Notes under the pieces: generated by a model
Seen by the model: the letters and a program-made list of their open reading frames with translations, nothing else
Databases searched by the model: none
What the model was told of the DNA's origin: nothing
Assembly: GCA_050575255.1 (NCBI GenBank)
Contig: JBNZDD010013677.1
Coordinates: 1,174,584 to 1,238,583, forward strand
From: Harriotta raleighana
Lineage: Eukaryota
DNA: 64,000 nt
Reading direction: 5' to 3'
Translations under genes and position numbers: made by a program
Shown here: positions 1-15,000 of the stretch, in pieces
Layout of the letters: every line of letters begins with the position of its first letter
How positions within the stretch are numbered: the first letter of the stretch is position 1

Positions 1-48
1 CTCGTCATTCCTTCTCTAACTTTTTATTCCTGTGTCTTTTTAACTCAG

Positions 49-93
49 GGCAAACCAGGAGAGCGGTGTGTGACCGGACCAAGGGGTGCAAAG
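49..93 (+). CDS. COL16A1: COL16A1 exon w1 (45 bp) [15 protein letters not shown]
   Basis: Polypyrimidine tract and cag acceptor, gtttg donor, phase 0. Confidence 0.9.
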
Positions 94-3000
94 GTTTGTC
101 AGAGGTTTATAACTGTATAAATTGTTCATGAGGGAGGCGGTTTGGTGGGGGGAGAGGCTGTACTGTTTTATGGAGAGTGTCTCTGTGTTGTTAAGTTGAG
201 GAGCACATCCTGAACTGCAGGTCCATCTGTAAAGTCTGAGAGACTCGTACACACACCCAGGGCCTTGTAAAAGCACCCACAGTAAATAAAGGTGGCTAGT
301 GAATCAATGTAAGTATACTGCGTGTTAAATAGCAGTTGATTTCTGACAAGGCTGTAAAAAGGGCATAAGTGTGACATTTACGTGTGCTATTTACAGGATT
401 TGGATCTCTCTCAATAATTTATTCCTACTGGATAGGAGCAGCATTAGTAGAGAGTCCCAGCAATGAATTAACGATTGAAAAGAGAACCGGATAGAGAATG
501 GGGCTTGACTGGGATTTATTGGATTATTAATAGATCGTGATCCACCAAGTCTGTGCAAGTGTTCTCTACCCCTTCTGGAGTTCTCTACTCTTAATTCCTT
601 TCCTCTGCCCTTCCACATCGAGTTTGTGCTGGTGCTAGCTCCTGTACTGTTCGCCCACAAAATACATAGTCAGTTCACTTTACGGAATATTCTGCCAAGC
701 TCTTTGTGACGTTTCAAAGACAAGATAGGGCACTGAATCAAATGCAAGGGTTATTATTATTATTATTTTTACTAGGGCTCGGTATGCGAATCCCATTTAC
801 CTGCTCTTTCCCCATCAAGTCTTATAGCTCAGTGGTTAGAACACTCGCCTTACAAACATAGACTGTGTTCTAATCCAGGCAGGCCAAGGCGAAACCTTGG
901 GCAAGTTTCCTTCCTCCACACGCCTAATAATAATTCCTCTAAAACAATTATAAAAATTGATCATTTCAATCCACGACTATTTGTGGGACACAGCTGTGCG
1001 CAATTGGATGCCGCGTTTTGCCCACAAATGTACAGTCAATTAATTTTACAGTATATTCTGTGAGGTGTGTTAAGACGTCGATTGGATGTGATACGCATTA
1101 TATCAAATGCAAGGATTATTATTGAGTCTAGCTCCCCCAGTGGAACTGTCCACTTTAATTTAATTCTCGCTCTCTCCCTGTGCCATTTAATAGTTTTTTA
1201 CATGCTGTTAATGATTGTCCTTCACCTGCCATTTCTTGTAACGCTGTCCACATTTCTAAGAAGCCTCTGTACAAAACAGTGTTACCTGGCGGCTGTGGTT
1301 CAGATTAACTTTCAGATCATCTAAACTCTTGAGGACTTGGGACCTTGTGGAGTTACTGAGGCTGATTTACAAGTTACCCAGAGGATATCGGATTGAAATG
1401 GCCCCATCCACTGGGAGTGCCATAGCGCACTGTATCAATCTAGGTAACAACTTGCTGCAGATGTGACACAGTCTCAGATACAAACTGCGACTGTACCCGC
1501 AGGATATCTGCTCTCTCCACACTTGGCATTGATGTGTTGCCGTCTGCAGCTTGGCGCCTGAGAGTTGAGAGCTGAGAGTCTGTGAGGGGAGGGTGAGAGC
1601 GAAGAGAGGAATGCCGAGAAGGTGCACCAATCTGACTATTAATGATTATTAATGATTGAATATTGATATTAAACTGCACGTTGCACATGGCCAGCAATAC
1701 GTTTCGTGCTAAAGGTCTGGTGGTTGTTGATGGTTGCCGAGTTCTTGAGAGATACAATGATGTTAGTTTGCACAATATTGAACTCAGGGCTGATAATCTG
1801 CCAACTCTGGGAGGTGCCTTGTAAGAGCTAGAGAATGATTGGGAGCATAATATTCACATATTCACTTATTGTGTGAATAAACAGCGCCATCCTCAGGTCG
1901 TGAAACAAATGACAATGTGAAGTGAATGACTCAACTGTACACCTTTTCTACAAGATGCCATTCACTGGAGAGGTTTTTGCGTGAGATTGAGACTATATAC
2001 CTATTGATAGCTCTTTAAAAGGGAATATGTGTAACAATGTCATGTTTTATCATGGAACTTGTACTCACTGATACCTCCTGATCTCTCTAATCTTCCACCC
2101 TCTCCCATTCCTCCGCTCCCCTCTCAGATCAGCTAACTCGGATTTACTGCATATTCATATAAATCACAAATGTTGAGCTGTGAGTAGGTCAGGTTATGAC
2201 ATATGACTGCCAGGATGATGGAAGGCAAACTAGATGGACTTCGGTATTTCTTCATCGAATGTTTCCTATGTCCCTTCCAAGCCCCCTTCCTCCACCTCCC
2301 AACCATCAGTGGCTGAGCCTTCAATTCCTACACTCTAACCTCTGTTACTCTCTCCCGTCCATCACTCCATCTCACCCCCTCTCCTGTCTTCAAGTCCCTT
2401 CTTAAATCTTACTCTTTGAATGTGTCAATGGACACCACCGCCCAGACCCCCTCTCTCAGAGTCCAACAATGTCTATGTAAAGAGATGTGAGACGTAACCC
2501 TATATGAAGGATGCAATAGAAATTAAGTTATTATTAACTTTTGTACCATCTGAACAAGCCTAGCCAGTGTATCTGAACACAGTGCTGTTTGCAGGAATGG
2601 TGCTATGTGACAAATGGCTACTGTGTCTATCTGCTCAGAAGGGCACTAATTTCCATGTCTCCTCAGTTACAAACCGTCTTGGCTGGAAAATTGAGGGAAA
2701 TGTAGCCCGAACTCTTTCCCAAGTGGGTAGGGTTTATGGAGGTTTTAACAGCAATTTTGTTTCCTTCTCACTCAGGGAAATCCAGGAGCTGTTGGACCTG
2801 AAGGTCTCGTGGGTGAGCCAGGACCCCCAGGTCCTCCGGGAATAGGAATCCCGGGAAAACCAGTAAGAATCCCACTCCAGCCCTGTTTGTGACGCTTGTG
2901 ATGGAGCAAATGTTCCTATCCCTTTCATTACCTAGCGGCAACAACACCAATCACATTTGTAGAGCACCTTTCACGTTGGGAGGATGTCCCAAAGTGTCCC

Positions 3001-6000
3001 AAAGCCCCACTTAATCTGACATTGTTCAATGGGGAGGCAACAAGTGTGATGTTACACAGCAGATTCACTGTGAAATGTCACATTGTGAGCGGGAAACATT
3101 GTATGTCGTTGCTGATGATATTATCACATCAAACAAAAATAGAGGTCAAATGTATATCAATAGCTATCACTGGTCTTCAGGGATAAAACTCCATCGGTCT
3201 TGTCCAGCGATCATTACAGAAAGCGTTTGGCCACATTTGGTCGACATAATATCACACACAACAAATTCCATAGCAATTGGTGTTTCCGAGACGCCTCACA
3301 GAATGCCCAGGTCAGTCTGCGCGTCATCGCGTCACATTTTAAGACTCAGTAATTCAAAAGTAGATGTGTAGAATTTTTAGTGCTACGATCTTTCACCTCT
3401 GGACTTAAATGGAGACCTGCTTGATGTGATGAAAATCTCCAATCTCTGCTGAATAGAAAGGTCTTATCTCGAGGGTAGTTTAATCAACTGTGTCTTGAGT
3501 TCATGGCAGAAAAAGTCGAGTGCCAGAGAGAAAGGGTATGTTCCACTGGTGTAGTGCCAGAGGACTCCTCCAAAGTCAAGACACATTATTTGAAAGGAGT
3601 AGATGGAGGAAGCTTTCCTTGTATCTAACTTATGCTTTACCTGACTTGGGAGAGTTGGATGGATAGTGTAGAGAGAGAGTTATCTGTATCTAATCTGTGC
3701 TGCATGTTAATAAAAACTTGGTCGAATGTGATGGAACGGAAATGTGTCACTAAGTTCACATTTCAAGGCCCGCTCAGGGGCTGAGAGGAGAGTGTGAATA
3801 CACTGGGAGTTTGTGCTGCAAGCCTCAATGCTGGGCAGTCAGCTGCATTGCAGTTTTCACTGAAGCTTGTTTAATGATCTTGTCTGCCCCCCTACCACCA
3901 CCCCCATCCCACTCGATAGGAAGTGATCCGTGTGTTGTCAGTCACCGCTGAAGGTTCTATAATGTTCTTTCTTCTTCCAAAGGGACTGCCTGGAGGACCA
4001 CCAGGGACAAAAGGAGAGCAAGTGAGTGAGGTCTCAGGCCACAGCACAGGGACATGGGTATATGCGGGGTTGGGAAATGAGGAGGTCCATCTGACCTGTC
4101 TGAACCAAGACTGCGATCCCACACCACTCACACACGCTGTACGCTCAATCCAACTCAGCACCAAATAACAATCCAAATCACTCCTGAATGTTCTATCACA
4201 ATCTGCCTCGCTGGTAAATGATTCGCTTCCTCCAATGTCAAGATGTCTATCCTCTCCTCTGCAATTTGCAAGCAGAATTATATCCAGTATTGCAGCGGGG
4301 CTCAAACCAGTGCCCCCCACACTGTTCAGTATCACCGTTCTGCTCAGACCCTACTCCTCTCCCCAACCCCTTCGCTCAGCTTGCTCCAGGCATTGTCCAC
4401 TCAGCTCGCCATCAGCAATGGTGATTTCATCCACAACATCCACAAGATACTAGAAAGTCTTGAGGTGGAGTGGATGAAAACAAAATTGCTGATGAAAGCA
4501 CAAAAGCCACTATCGTTCACTCTCCCAGTTTCTGTCCTGACAGAAAGCTCCACTACAGGCAGTCACTGATCCAAAGAACTCCCAGCACATCTCCCAAGGA
4601 TTTATCTGTCTCTCTGCCACTTCTGCTATCCAGACCTGCTCCCTTCTAAACACAGGATTTCTCATCTTCTCATCTATTTCCCACGCCTCCATTCCCAATA
4701 TAAATTGTCTCAGCTTAATTTGCCGACAAAATATACAAATCCCTACACTTTGCAGCAAATCCTTGAGAAGGTTCAGGATGTCCTCCTGACATGCATGGTG
4801 CAGTATCAAATGCAAGCATTATTTTTAGTATAATTGCTATTTATCAAATACACATCCATGTAGCATGATGACCCCTGCCTCTGATGTAGATATATATCAC
4901 CTTGTTGAGACAGTTTATTTACTATATATGTAGTAGGACATTGAGTTACTGAAGGCTTGCAACTCATCAGCAGGGAAGCTTTTTATTTGTATATCGATGA
5001 TGCCTGAGGGACTTGGGGAAAGATTTCCATATTGATCTCTGCCTCACATTGATTTTTCTGAGGTAACAAGTTTCACTGGTTTGATCTTTATCGCCCAAAG
5101 CAAAAAATGTGGCTGAGGCAGTCTCCATTATATTTTTTTTAAAAAGAAAAATTAAATTATGTATGGTTTTAATGTACTGTTCTTTTAATATTTCATGGTT
5201 CACAACAGTTGGATTTTCTTTCTCTCGGTTGTTAGTTCTGCTGGGTCTCCACATGGATACAGTGTCAGTCGCTTGAGAGATTAAACAGACAGCACACATA
5301 CTGTAGCAATTTGTGCTGATTTTACTTTTTTTTCATTGTGCATCTGATTAACCACCTCCTGCCTTCCTCAGTGCTGTCCTCTTTTGGCAGAACACTATGC
5401 CATTGTGCAAAGATAGTAAAGCATGGGAACATGGTGTGGGAAGGAGGGTGTGGGACTAACCCCAGTACAGCGCAAGTAGCTTTTGTGCCTTTCGACAGGG
5501 TGACCAAAAAGTCATGATCTCCAACCTATTATCTGAAATAAATCAACGTTTCTGTAAGATTTATTTGACGTTGTAATGGTACTATGACTTCTTGGTCACC
5601 CTGTGTATTTGTCTTATGTAATAATAATAATTATTCTAATACTACCTGTACTGTATATTTGTTTTTGTCTTGTATCCACTTGGCTCAGCACCTGTTCACC
5701 TTTGATCGTGAGTTCAAGCTCCAAGCCAGGACTTTGATCTCATAGCCGAGGCTGACAGTCCAGTGAAATGCCAGAGAAATGCTGTGGAGCTCCTGTAGCT
5801 CAGTGGTTAGAGCACTCGCCTTATAAGCGTGAAACCTGTGATCAATCCAGGCAGGTCAGGGCGAAACCTTGGGCAAGTTTCCTTACTCCACATGCCTAAT
5901 AATAATACCTCCAAAAACAAAATTGGTCATTTCAATCCAGGACTGTTTGTGGGAAACTGCTGTGTGCAATTGGCTGCCGTGTTTCACCCACAAATATGCA

Positions 6001-9000
6001 GTCAATTCACCATACAGTATATTCTGTGAAGCGCTTTGAGACGTCTGGAAGACATGACAGGCGATATATCAAAATGCAAGGATTATTATTATTGTTATTG
6101 GAGGAGAGCAACATTGGCAGAGGCATCTTACTGTAGATGAGACTAGGAACCAAGGTCCCGTCCGCCTGGTCAGTTGGATATTCAAGATCTCATGAAGCTA
6201 TTTGAAAAGAGGATAGAGTTTCTCCCGGTGTCCTGGCCAAAACAACCCTGATGTATTGATCATTCATTCTAATGGCTGTTTGTGCAACATTGTGGTATGC
6301 AAATTGGCTTCTCTGCTGGCCTAAAACTACAGTCATTACATTTTACAGCAAATCCCTAGCAAGTATTTTGAGATGTTTGATGTTTGCAAATAGTCTATCG
6401 CATAGACGCTCTATTGTTATGTGCACTGTCCAACCCGGAGATGGAGTGTTTTGTGTCTACATAGAATGTATGGTGCGGAAACATTTTGGGCGTCTGTTTA
6501 TACAAATCTGACCTGAAGAGACTGTTTAGATCTGACCTGGAAAGGCCATGTGTGTGTGTGTGTGTGTGGTATGTGTCCAGAACAAGATCATTTACTCATC
6601 ACTTTTCGTTCTGTAGGGAAACGACGGGAAGTCAGGCACTCCTGGTGACTCTGGAACTCCAGTGAGTATCAATCACCTCATCACTGTATTGAGAAAAAAA
6701 AATGCTCTTTTACTCTTGTGTGTATATAGAAACACGTTTAAATGCTGAATCTGAGCCAGGTAAAGAGTCCGCAGTACAGTGTTGCCCAACATTTAATTGG
6801 ATTGGATTCTGACTCAAAGTGACTCAGCACTGGCACAAGCAAGAGACATCGCTCGGTCATTGTGGTAAGTGCACAGTATTGAAATAAATTCAGGGAGCTG
6901 TGCTGATATCTTGTTCCTGATCTGGGTGAGTGGATAGATTGTGTAGAGGGAACTTTACTTTGTATCTGACCCCTGCTATCGCTGGCCTGGGAATGCTCGA
7001 TTATGAAATGCCCAAAAGGAGAAAGTTCCCTTTCTCAGCACTAAATTCCCTCTCCTTGATCAGGTCAAAATTCGCTGAGTATAAATTATCAAAACTCTCT
7101 GGTATGTTTAATGTTCTTATAACAACAACAACAAAATTACATTTATAGAGCGCGTTTCACGTCAGGGGGACGTCCCAAATAACTCTATTTTAAGCACTGG
7201 GAGTCTGGTGTGTACCAGAAACTATAGAGTGGAAACTCCATATACTGTACTTGTTTTGTCTGATTCCCTAGTTAATCTCTGCCCTCTCTCCTCCGCACAG
7301 GGCAAAGATGGAATTTCAGGGACAAAGGGAGCAAAGGTGCTTTATTTCATTGTTTACAAAAGCTGGTCTACATTTCACCTAGTCTTAGTTCTGCAAAACT
7401 ATTTTGGCTTCAAAATTCAAGAATTTTGAAAAATTCATAGAATAGTGGAAAACTCAATAAATAAATTAAATCTGAATTTGCAAATCTGTGTCCTGCAGGT
7501 CTTAAAATTAAGATTCCCCCCCCAGTTTGTACAGTCATAAATTTGAAGACAAATGGTGTTACGGGCTAAAAGCAGGTGATTGAAGGATTGCTTTCCGGGG
7601 GTAATAATCCCTCCATTAAAAAATAACAAGAATTTGGTTACTCAATTTATGACCTTGGGACACAGCTGTGTACAAATGACCGCCGCATTTCAACCACACA
7701 AATTCGCAGTCACTACACTTTACACTATATTCTGTGAAGCGTTTTGAAACTTCTTGAAGACGTGATAAGGCGCTATACAAAATCAAGGATTATTATTATT
7801 TTATTATAATTTAAGGTACAAATTTGCCAAGGTTTCTGATGCTGCATCTAGCCCTGTGATAACTAATTCCGTGGGGCTTTTGCTATATTTATTATGTGTG
7901 ATGTTTTCATGATTTCTAGGGAGATTTGTGTGGTGTTTGCCCCACCAGCTCAGAAGGATTCGGACCGTCTGAAGAATTTCCAGGAAGAACAAGAGTCCCG
8001 GATGGGAAAGGAGAGCCTGGGAATCCGGTAAATGTTAACGCTATAATGAAGTTGATCCTCGTTGGATTTCCTTGGTAATATGTTCTCTCTTCAGGATGTC
8101 CACTTGCTCAAGTCCTCTGCAGTCAAGGGTATAGGAAGGGGTAGCTGGGAGGGAAACATTTTCTGTCACTTCTGGTCACTGGTGACTTGATGAGCTCCAA
8201 TGGAGAGTTACAAGATTTCTGTATCTCATCTCAAAACCACAAACTTCTGAACAGTGTGAGATCACGTTAAAGTGAAGTCCTATAGCTCAGTGGTTAGAGC
8301 ACTTGCCTTGCAAACGAGAGACCTGGGTTAGAATTCCAGCATAATAATAAATTGGTCACTTAATCTATGATTATCTGTGGGTCGTGAGTGCTGTGTTTCG
8401 AAATATATAATCAAATTCACTAAACAGTATATTCTGTGGTTTATCAAGTCTCAAAGAATCGATAAGGGTCAATATCGAAATATAAGTATTATTGTTAAAC
8501 TCCTCTCGGTACATCTGAATTTGAGGAGTCTCCAACTGAGAAGGTATGAGTGTCTGGCCACCCTTCCTCTACAATCGGGAGTGAAATGGGAAGAGGTTTA
8601 ATTTTAACTCACTTGCTTCCTTCTCCAAACCTTCCTCTTGAGCAAACCCTTAACTGTCCAGCACCTTGGGACATCCTTTCTGCATGAAAGGTGCTGCACA
8701 AATGCAGTTTGTTTGTGTGATTGGTTGTTTAGACAGTTGGAATTCTGTAGAATGGGAGTGAATGGGATGGTTCCTGTTATCCTTTCATCTTTAATGTTTG
8801 TATTTTGCATGAACTTCACTGGAGTCATCTGTGGCACAATGTTGGAGACACATTTAAAGCTTAATATGGAAGAGTTATGTTGAAACTTGCAGCCTGGTTT
8901 GTGTTGCTAATAAAAAGCTATGGAGGAAGCTGCCAAAATATACAGTAACTGAAAAATGCAAAGCAGCTAAACTTGGACGACCGAAGCAGTTACACATAAT

Positions 9001-12000
9001 TAATCCCCTGGAAACCTTTTGATGGATGACACATCTTCATGTGTTTAGTGCCTGAGTTTTTCTACATAAAAAGGAAAGCTGCTGAACATTTTATATGGCT
9101 TCTGAAAGCCATTAAGACTGTTCTTTGCCTTGTATTGATTATTATTAGAATTTATGGTTTGCCTCTGTTTACCTATCGGTAGATAGTTACCCAGTTGTTA
9201 GTCAATTGGCAGATTGATTTTTGGTGGGGGTACAGAACCATCAAAAAAAAATGTGGGTCACGAAATACAAAATACACAAAACCCTAAATACAATTAGCTT
9301 CCAATATATTATGTGAGTAGATTCTGTGAAGTGATTTGAAACATCTCAACCACGTGATAAGGCGCTATATATCAATTGCAAGGATTATTCTTTGTGGAAG
9401 GCGACCTTTTTACCTTCTGTGTTCAGTCAATTATTGCAGAAATTATTATCAATTAAAAAGAAAGTCCTGCATGAACAGATCGTGGTGCAAGCATGACCAG
9501 AGAGACAAGGAGAGTGCAGGCCATAGATTCTCCACCTTGAGGTTCAGAAGGTTGAACATTGATCAAGGTTTAAGATTTTAAATTCGCATAGAATTATGGA
9601 AAATTCTTCATCTCTGCCTTAGTTTGGGAATTGGATTTATGTCATTCTTAAAAACAAAAAACACCTAGAAATTTAGACTTTCAAATTTCTGAATTTTTTG
9701 TCTTAGGCTAAATGAGGTCTCTGGTTTCACCTGGATCATTCAGCCAGGTGTTAGGTGCGATGGAGAAATGCTTCATGATTGGAAGCATCAAGCCAATCCA
9801 TATATAGATATATTCTATATCTTACGTCTCTCACCCTCCATCTGCAGAATGATTTTTGGTTGGTCAGCCAAGTGTCTGACAACATGGATATCTATCACCA
9901 TGTTTAAGGATATCCAAATCAAATTGATTGAACTGCAGAGATTGCAGAAGTCTCGGAACAGAATGCTCACTCTGTCACCTTGATGACAGACTCTTCAGTC
10001 TCCTCACCCTGGCTTCTCAAATAAAAATGGTGTTTTAAGGAAGGAAGTTTTCTGTCCGCTTTCTATGTCTGGCAGTTGGTCACCAGCTGCTATTTTCTAA
10101 GAATCCTTACAAAGTGGAAAAAACAGCAACACGTACAATTCATTTGAACCCTAATGGAATGATTCACCAGGATATGGTATAAGGGTTTCCAGACTGGCTA
10201 TTTTTAGCTGGATTCCTGTGCCTGATCCAAGCAAATTGCCAAAAAGGAGCATACTGGCTGGAATCATCTGCAGCACAGATCCCCAGTTATACCATCAGTT
10301 CAAAGTTTTCTTTTGTCCCTATTTCGCCGCTTTAGATCTAACATTATGAAAGTTTTTTTTACACCCAACATCAATCTTTCATAGCTACTGAGTGGATAAC
10401 CTTTCTACTTATCGTTCACTGAAATGTCAGCCTGAACACAGAAATTGGTGACTGCTATAAACTGTGAGATGTGAGACCTTAACTCCAATCCTACTTAGTT
10501 TCATGATGGTATCAGACAACTTTTCTAAATTGTGAGGCAGCTTGTTGGTCGTCACCTCAGAATGCTCAAGCTCTGTATCAGGACTTGAGACTTCTTGACT
10601 GACAATGTAGAGCTATACTGTATTGTATCATTATATCGTGCTGTATTTTCACTAAATCAGTGGGTGTTGTTGCCTGGGAAGATATCAGGGACGGAAATGC
10701 CAACCAAGCAATAACCAGCACAGGGACTCTCACATTTCTTGGGATGTTTTCCCGACATGAGAAGCCTCACAAATGTAATTTTTTATTGTATTTCATTATG
10801 TTAGAATTAATTAGTTACGGGCCTCCACAAAATTGTTGAATTGGAATTGGTTTTAATGTATAAAACATTCCGAAATGTGTTTTCCCCGATTCACAGATCG
10901 CGTCCTGAGGCAATGCTGAACCATGTCTGGAATGCAGCATTCTTTGCTCAGTTGCAAAAATATTCTGTTTGGCACTCGGTATGTCTGACATAGTCATGGA
11001 AACGAGCTGGAAAGCAATGGTTAATTATTTTTAAGGGCACAGAATTATGTTCCTTGATAAGTGAAGGTGTTTGCTCCTGTAATTATTTCACTCATCTCTC
11101 CTAGGGCAAGCTAGGTCCAACAGGAGCACAGGGAGGAAAGGTGAGTTCACAGATCAAGAGGAAAGTTGATGTGATCATCATATTCTGTTAACGCAACTCA
11201 CTTACTGGCTGAGACAATCGTTCCTGGGTGGGTGACATTGAGATCAGGGCATTGATCTTGAACCCTTCCGAGGTTATAGTTTATAATCATCTCCTCTTCC
11301 ACCTCCTCTCATCCCTTATTTAGTATCTAATCTCAACAACAACACATTCATATATTTGTTTTGTCCACAAATATACAGTCAATTCACTTCACAGTATATT
11401 CTATGAAGTGCTTTGAGACATCTAGAAGTCATGAAAAGCACTACATTAAGTGCAAGGATTATTATAAGGATTATTATTAAATACAATTAGTCATCTGTTT
11501 CATGACTGTTTGTGGGACATTGCAAGTGTGCAAAGAGGTTGCTGTATTGATCTGCCAATATACCAGTGGTTCGTAACCTTGGGTCCCAATCCAAGTCAGG
11601 GTCATGGGGGGTCCTCAGTAGGGTCGCGAATGGTCATCAGAATTTTTGTTGTTGCTTTTTTTAATGCTGAAAATGCTTTTTTAATGCTGAAAAGTGCCCG
11701 AGGTGACACCGCCAACCAATTTGTATGAAAGACCATATAAGCAAGTTGTGCTGAGTCCACAAAAGAGATGGAGATATCGTCTTGGCTGAGATTTGCTTCA
11801 GTCGCGCAATCGCCCCCCAAGGGTCGGGAGGACCGGTTGGTGGCCAATTTAGGGTTGCAGCAAAAAAGGTTGGGACCCATAGCAATACACAATCACTCCA
11901 CTTTATAGTAAACCATGTGAAATACTTTAGTACTGTGTCCTGAAGTGAAAGGCATTATACCAAATGTAAGGATTATTATTATTAGATATGGGTTTCTGTT

Positions 12001-15000
12001 TGCAATGAAGCCTATGAGATCTTGAGATTTACATTATTTCTGAATTAAGAAAATAATTAAGCTCCAAGGAATGATTAATTTTGCAAGGGTGGGGGACGTA
12101 ACTCAGCCTAACTATTGCTTCAAATTGATTTGTTTGCAAATTTATTTGACCCAGAAAACATATACTGTAACATGTGTATTATGCAAATATATTAAAACCC
12201 CCAAAACATGTATATTTCGTCAATAAATACATGGTTAATTCACTTGACAGTTTATTCTGTGAAGTGCGTTAAGATGTCTAGAAGATGTGCAAAGCCCTAT
12301 ATCAAATGCAAGGACCAGTATTATTATTATAACAATAATAATAAATCTTGCATTTGATATCACCTTATTGAGTCTTCGAGTTGCCTCAAAGCACTTCACA
12401 GAATATAATGTAAATTGAATTAACTGTGTATTTTGTTGGCATAATATATTTCAGAAAACAATCAGCTAGAAGTAGCCTTAATAACTTAAAAATTACATTT
12501 AAACTAGATTTTTTTTAAATAATGGAGTGAGTTGAGGATGGCAGAAATAGATTTGCGCAAGCTTGTGTGGGAAAGGACACAAGCTGCAGAGTTCTGGACA
12601 TGCAGTTTGTCTAGCGATGAGATGGGGAGAGTTTACACTATACTGCGTGAACAATTGAACAGACTAATAAAGAGCCGATGGCAAGTTTTATGTATTTCTT
12701 GACTTGGTTTCTCAATCAATAGAGAACTGAATGAAAGGTGTAATTGCACAGAGAGCAGCGATGCTCTAAATCCTAGAGTGTAAGTTGTGCCCTTGCATGT
12801 TTTTTTCCTGTAAAATCTGAAGTGGCAATTTGTAATTTCCAAAATAACCAATTAAATTAAGAGTCTGTTGCCTGTCAGAGTCTGGAGATGTTACGAATTG
12901 CAATTACAACAGCATTATTTATATTTGTTTAGTGTCACTATGCTGCTTGCTTAGCCAAAATCCATTGCATACTTGTTTGCAAACAGTGATGCATTATCTG
13001 ATTGGTGTCTGATTTACATTGCACACAGGGTGATACAGGGGAGCCAGGCATGAAGGGAGCCAAGGTGCGTTCACTTGTTTGTTCACAAGTTAGTTTTTAT
13101 TGATCCTAATTTCGTATTATATTCCTCAGCTCCACAGTGCTGGACTAGCTTTCAGCCACTTAGCCTCCTATCTCTGAAATTCCCTAAATCATTCTGCTCA
13201 CGCTCCCATTTCAAATTCCTTCTGAAAACCTATCTCTCTGACTGTACGCGCCACTTGCCTCTTCTGCCACTTCTGTATCGCATGCTGCTTAAACTCCCAT
13301 TCCATCTCTGTAAAGGGGTCACCTTTGACTTGGGCCCAGGATCTGTTATTGGGAAGTGCTTTGAGACCCCGTCCTATGTGGAGGGTGCTATATAAATCCA
13401 AGTTGTTGTTGTGGTTAAAGTGCTTTGAGACATTTTCCTGAACATGTGAGTGTTTTTTGATATAATAATACAGTTCCTTACCTGCCCAGCTCTGAATAGA
13501 AATGTCAGCAATTTTTTTTGGGACATGTGTTACAGGGTGACTCATGCAAGACATGTCCTAAGCTGCCTAATGGGTTCACGAGCAATATTGGACTGCCTGA
13601 AACTCTGGGATCTAAGGATGACCAAGGAACACCAGGAACAGGGAATTACGGAAAGCCTGTGAGTGTCACAGCACAAAGTTCTCCTATTGCATAACGTCAC
13701 CTGAGCTGTGATCACTAAAGCAGAACCTTGTAGTTCCCGATTCAATATTTGGGATCCAGAAAGCCCTACCTTTCACTGCTCGCCAGGTGATTCCTAATAT
13801 CAATGGACCATTGGATAACCCCCAAAGTCACTTCCTGTTTCCTATGCAAGCAGGATGACCTAATACAACAACAACAACAGAATTACATTTATAGAGCGCG
13901 TTTCACGTCAGGAGGACGTCCCAAGGCGCTAATGACCCAGACCGTGGTTTTTTTTTACAACAGAAAGCTAAAATGGCTGACTTCCTGGCCATTAGGTCTT
14001 GGCCAACATCACTTCCTGGTTGGGGCATGCTCAGGGAAGCAGGAAATGACATTGGCAGTAACTCGGTAACCCAGAAGTTGACCTCGGGGAGTGGACGAGC
14101 TGCTGGTATTCAAAGTGAATGCTGTTCACAGGGAAAACATATTAAAATCAAACCTGCTTGAGAAATTGGTTTATAGAAAGTGGGGCTGCATTGCGTTCTA
14201 GCAGATTTGAATCTGACACCCACTTGGTCTGTGTTCCTCATGGACATACCTTTTCAGAATTTCAGAATTTGTCAGAAATGTTTCTGTTCATTCAAAAATT
14301 TTTGACCAAGAAATTGACTTGGCACGTAAGATCGCAGTTGATTTTTGGCCTAAGAAGATTTTACAGTGAAGAGACAGTGGTGAGACTGTGAGCACCTGGT
14401 CAGTATATGAGACATCCTAGAGGTGATCTTGTGGAGGTGTACAAGATATAAAGCATCATTGAATAAGTAAACCCAGAACAATGTTTTCACTTACACTGAG
14501 GCAGTAGAACAAGATGACACAGGAACAAGTGACCCACATGAAGGGTACTATATAAATGCAAGTTGCTGTTGTTGTAGTTGAATAGAGCGCTCTGAGATGC
14601 TATTCTGTGTGAAGGGCTGTATATAAAGATGTTGATGTAGAGTTGCCAAGGTCAATTTCAGAACAGGCATCAGGAAATGTTTATTACCTAGAGGGGTAAC
14701 TAAAGACTGGAACAGTTTACGAGAAAGACCAGATTCTGGACTTGTTATAAAATAGATTGATGCTGTGATGAAAAGATGGTGGTGTGGGAATGAAGAAATT
14801 AAACAGGCTGAAGGACCTTTTCACCTAAAGTGACCTGTTGAGGGAGCCTGATTCGATCATACAGTATGTTTGTGTGTGTGTGTGTGTGTGTGTGGATGGG
14901 GAGGGGCTGGCTGGTTTACCAAATGGTTTGGATGAAGAGATTCCTTAAATATTAAACAGGCATTACCAGTCTTGTGTGGGAACTTGTTGGTCAAAATGTG

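Noticed and set aside
9707-9767. Possible extra exon after TTTTTTGTCTTAG
   Set aside because: The required phase-0 frame reads GCT AAA TGA (stop) and has no Gly-X-Y
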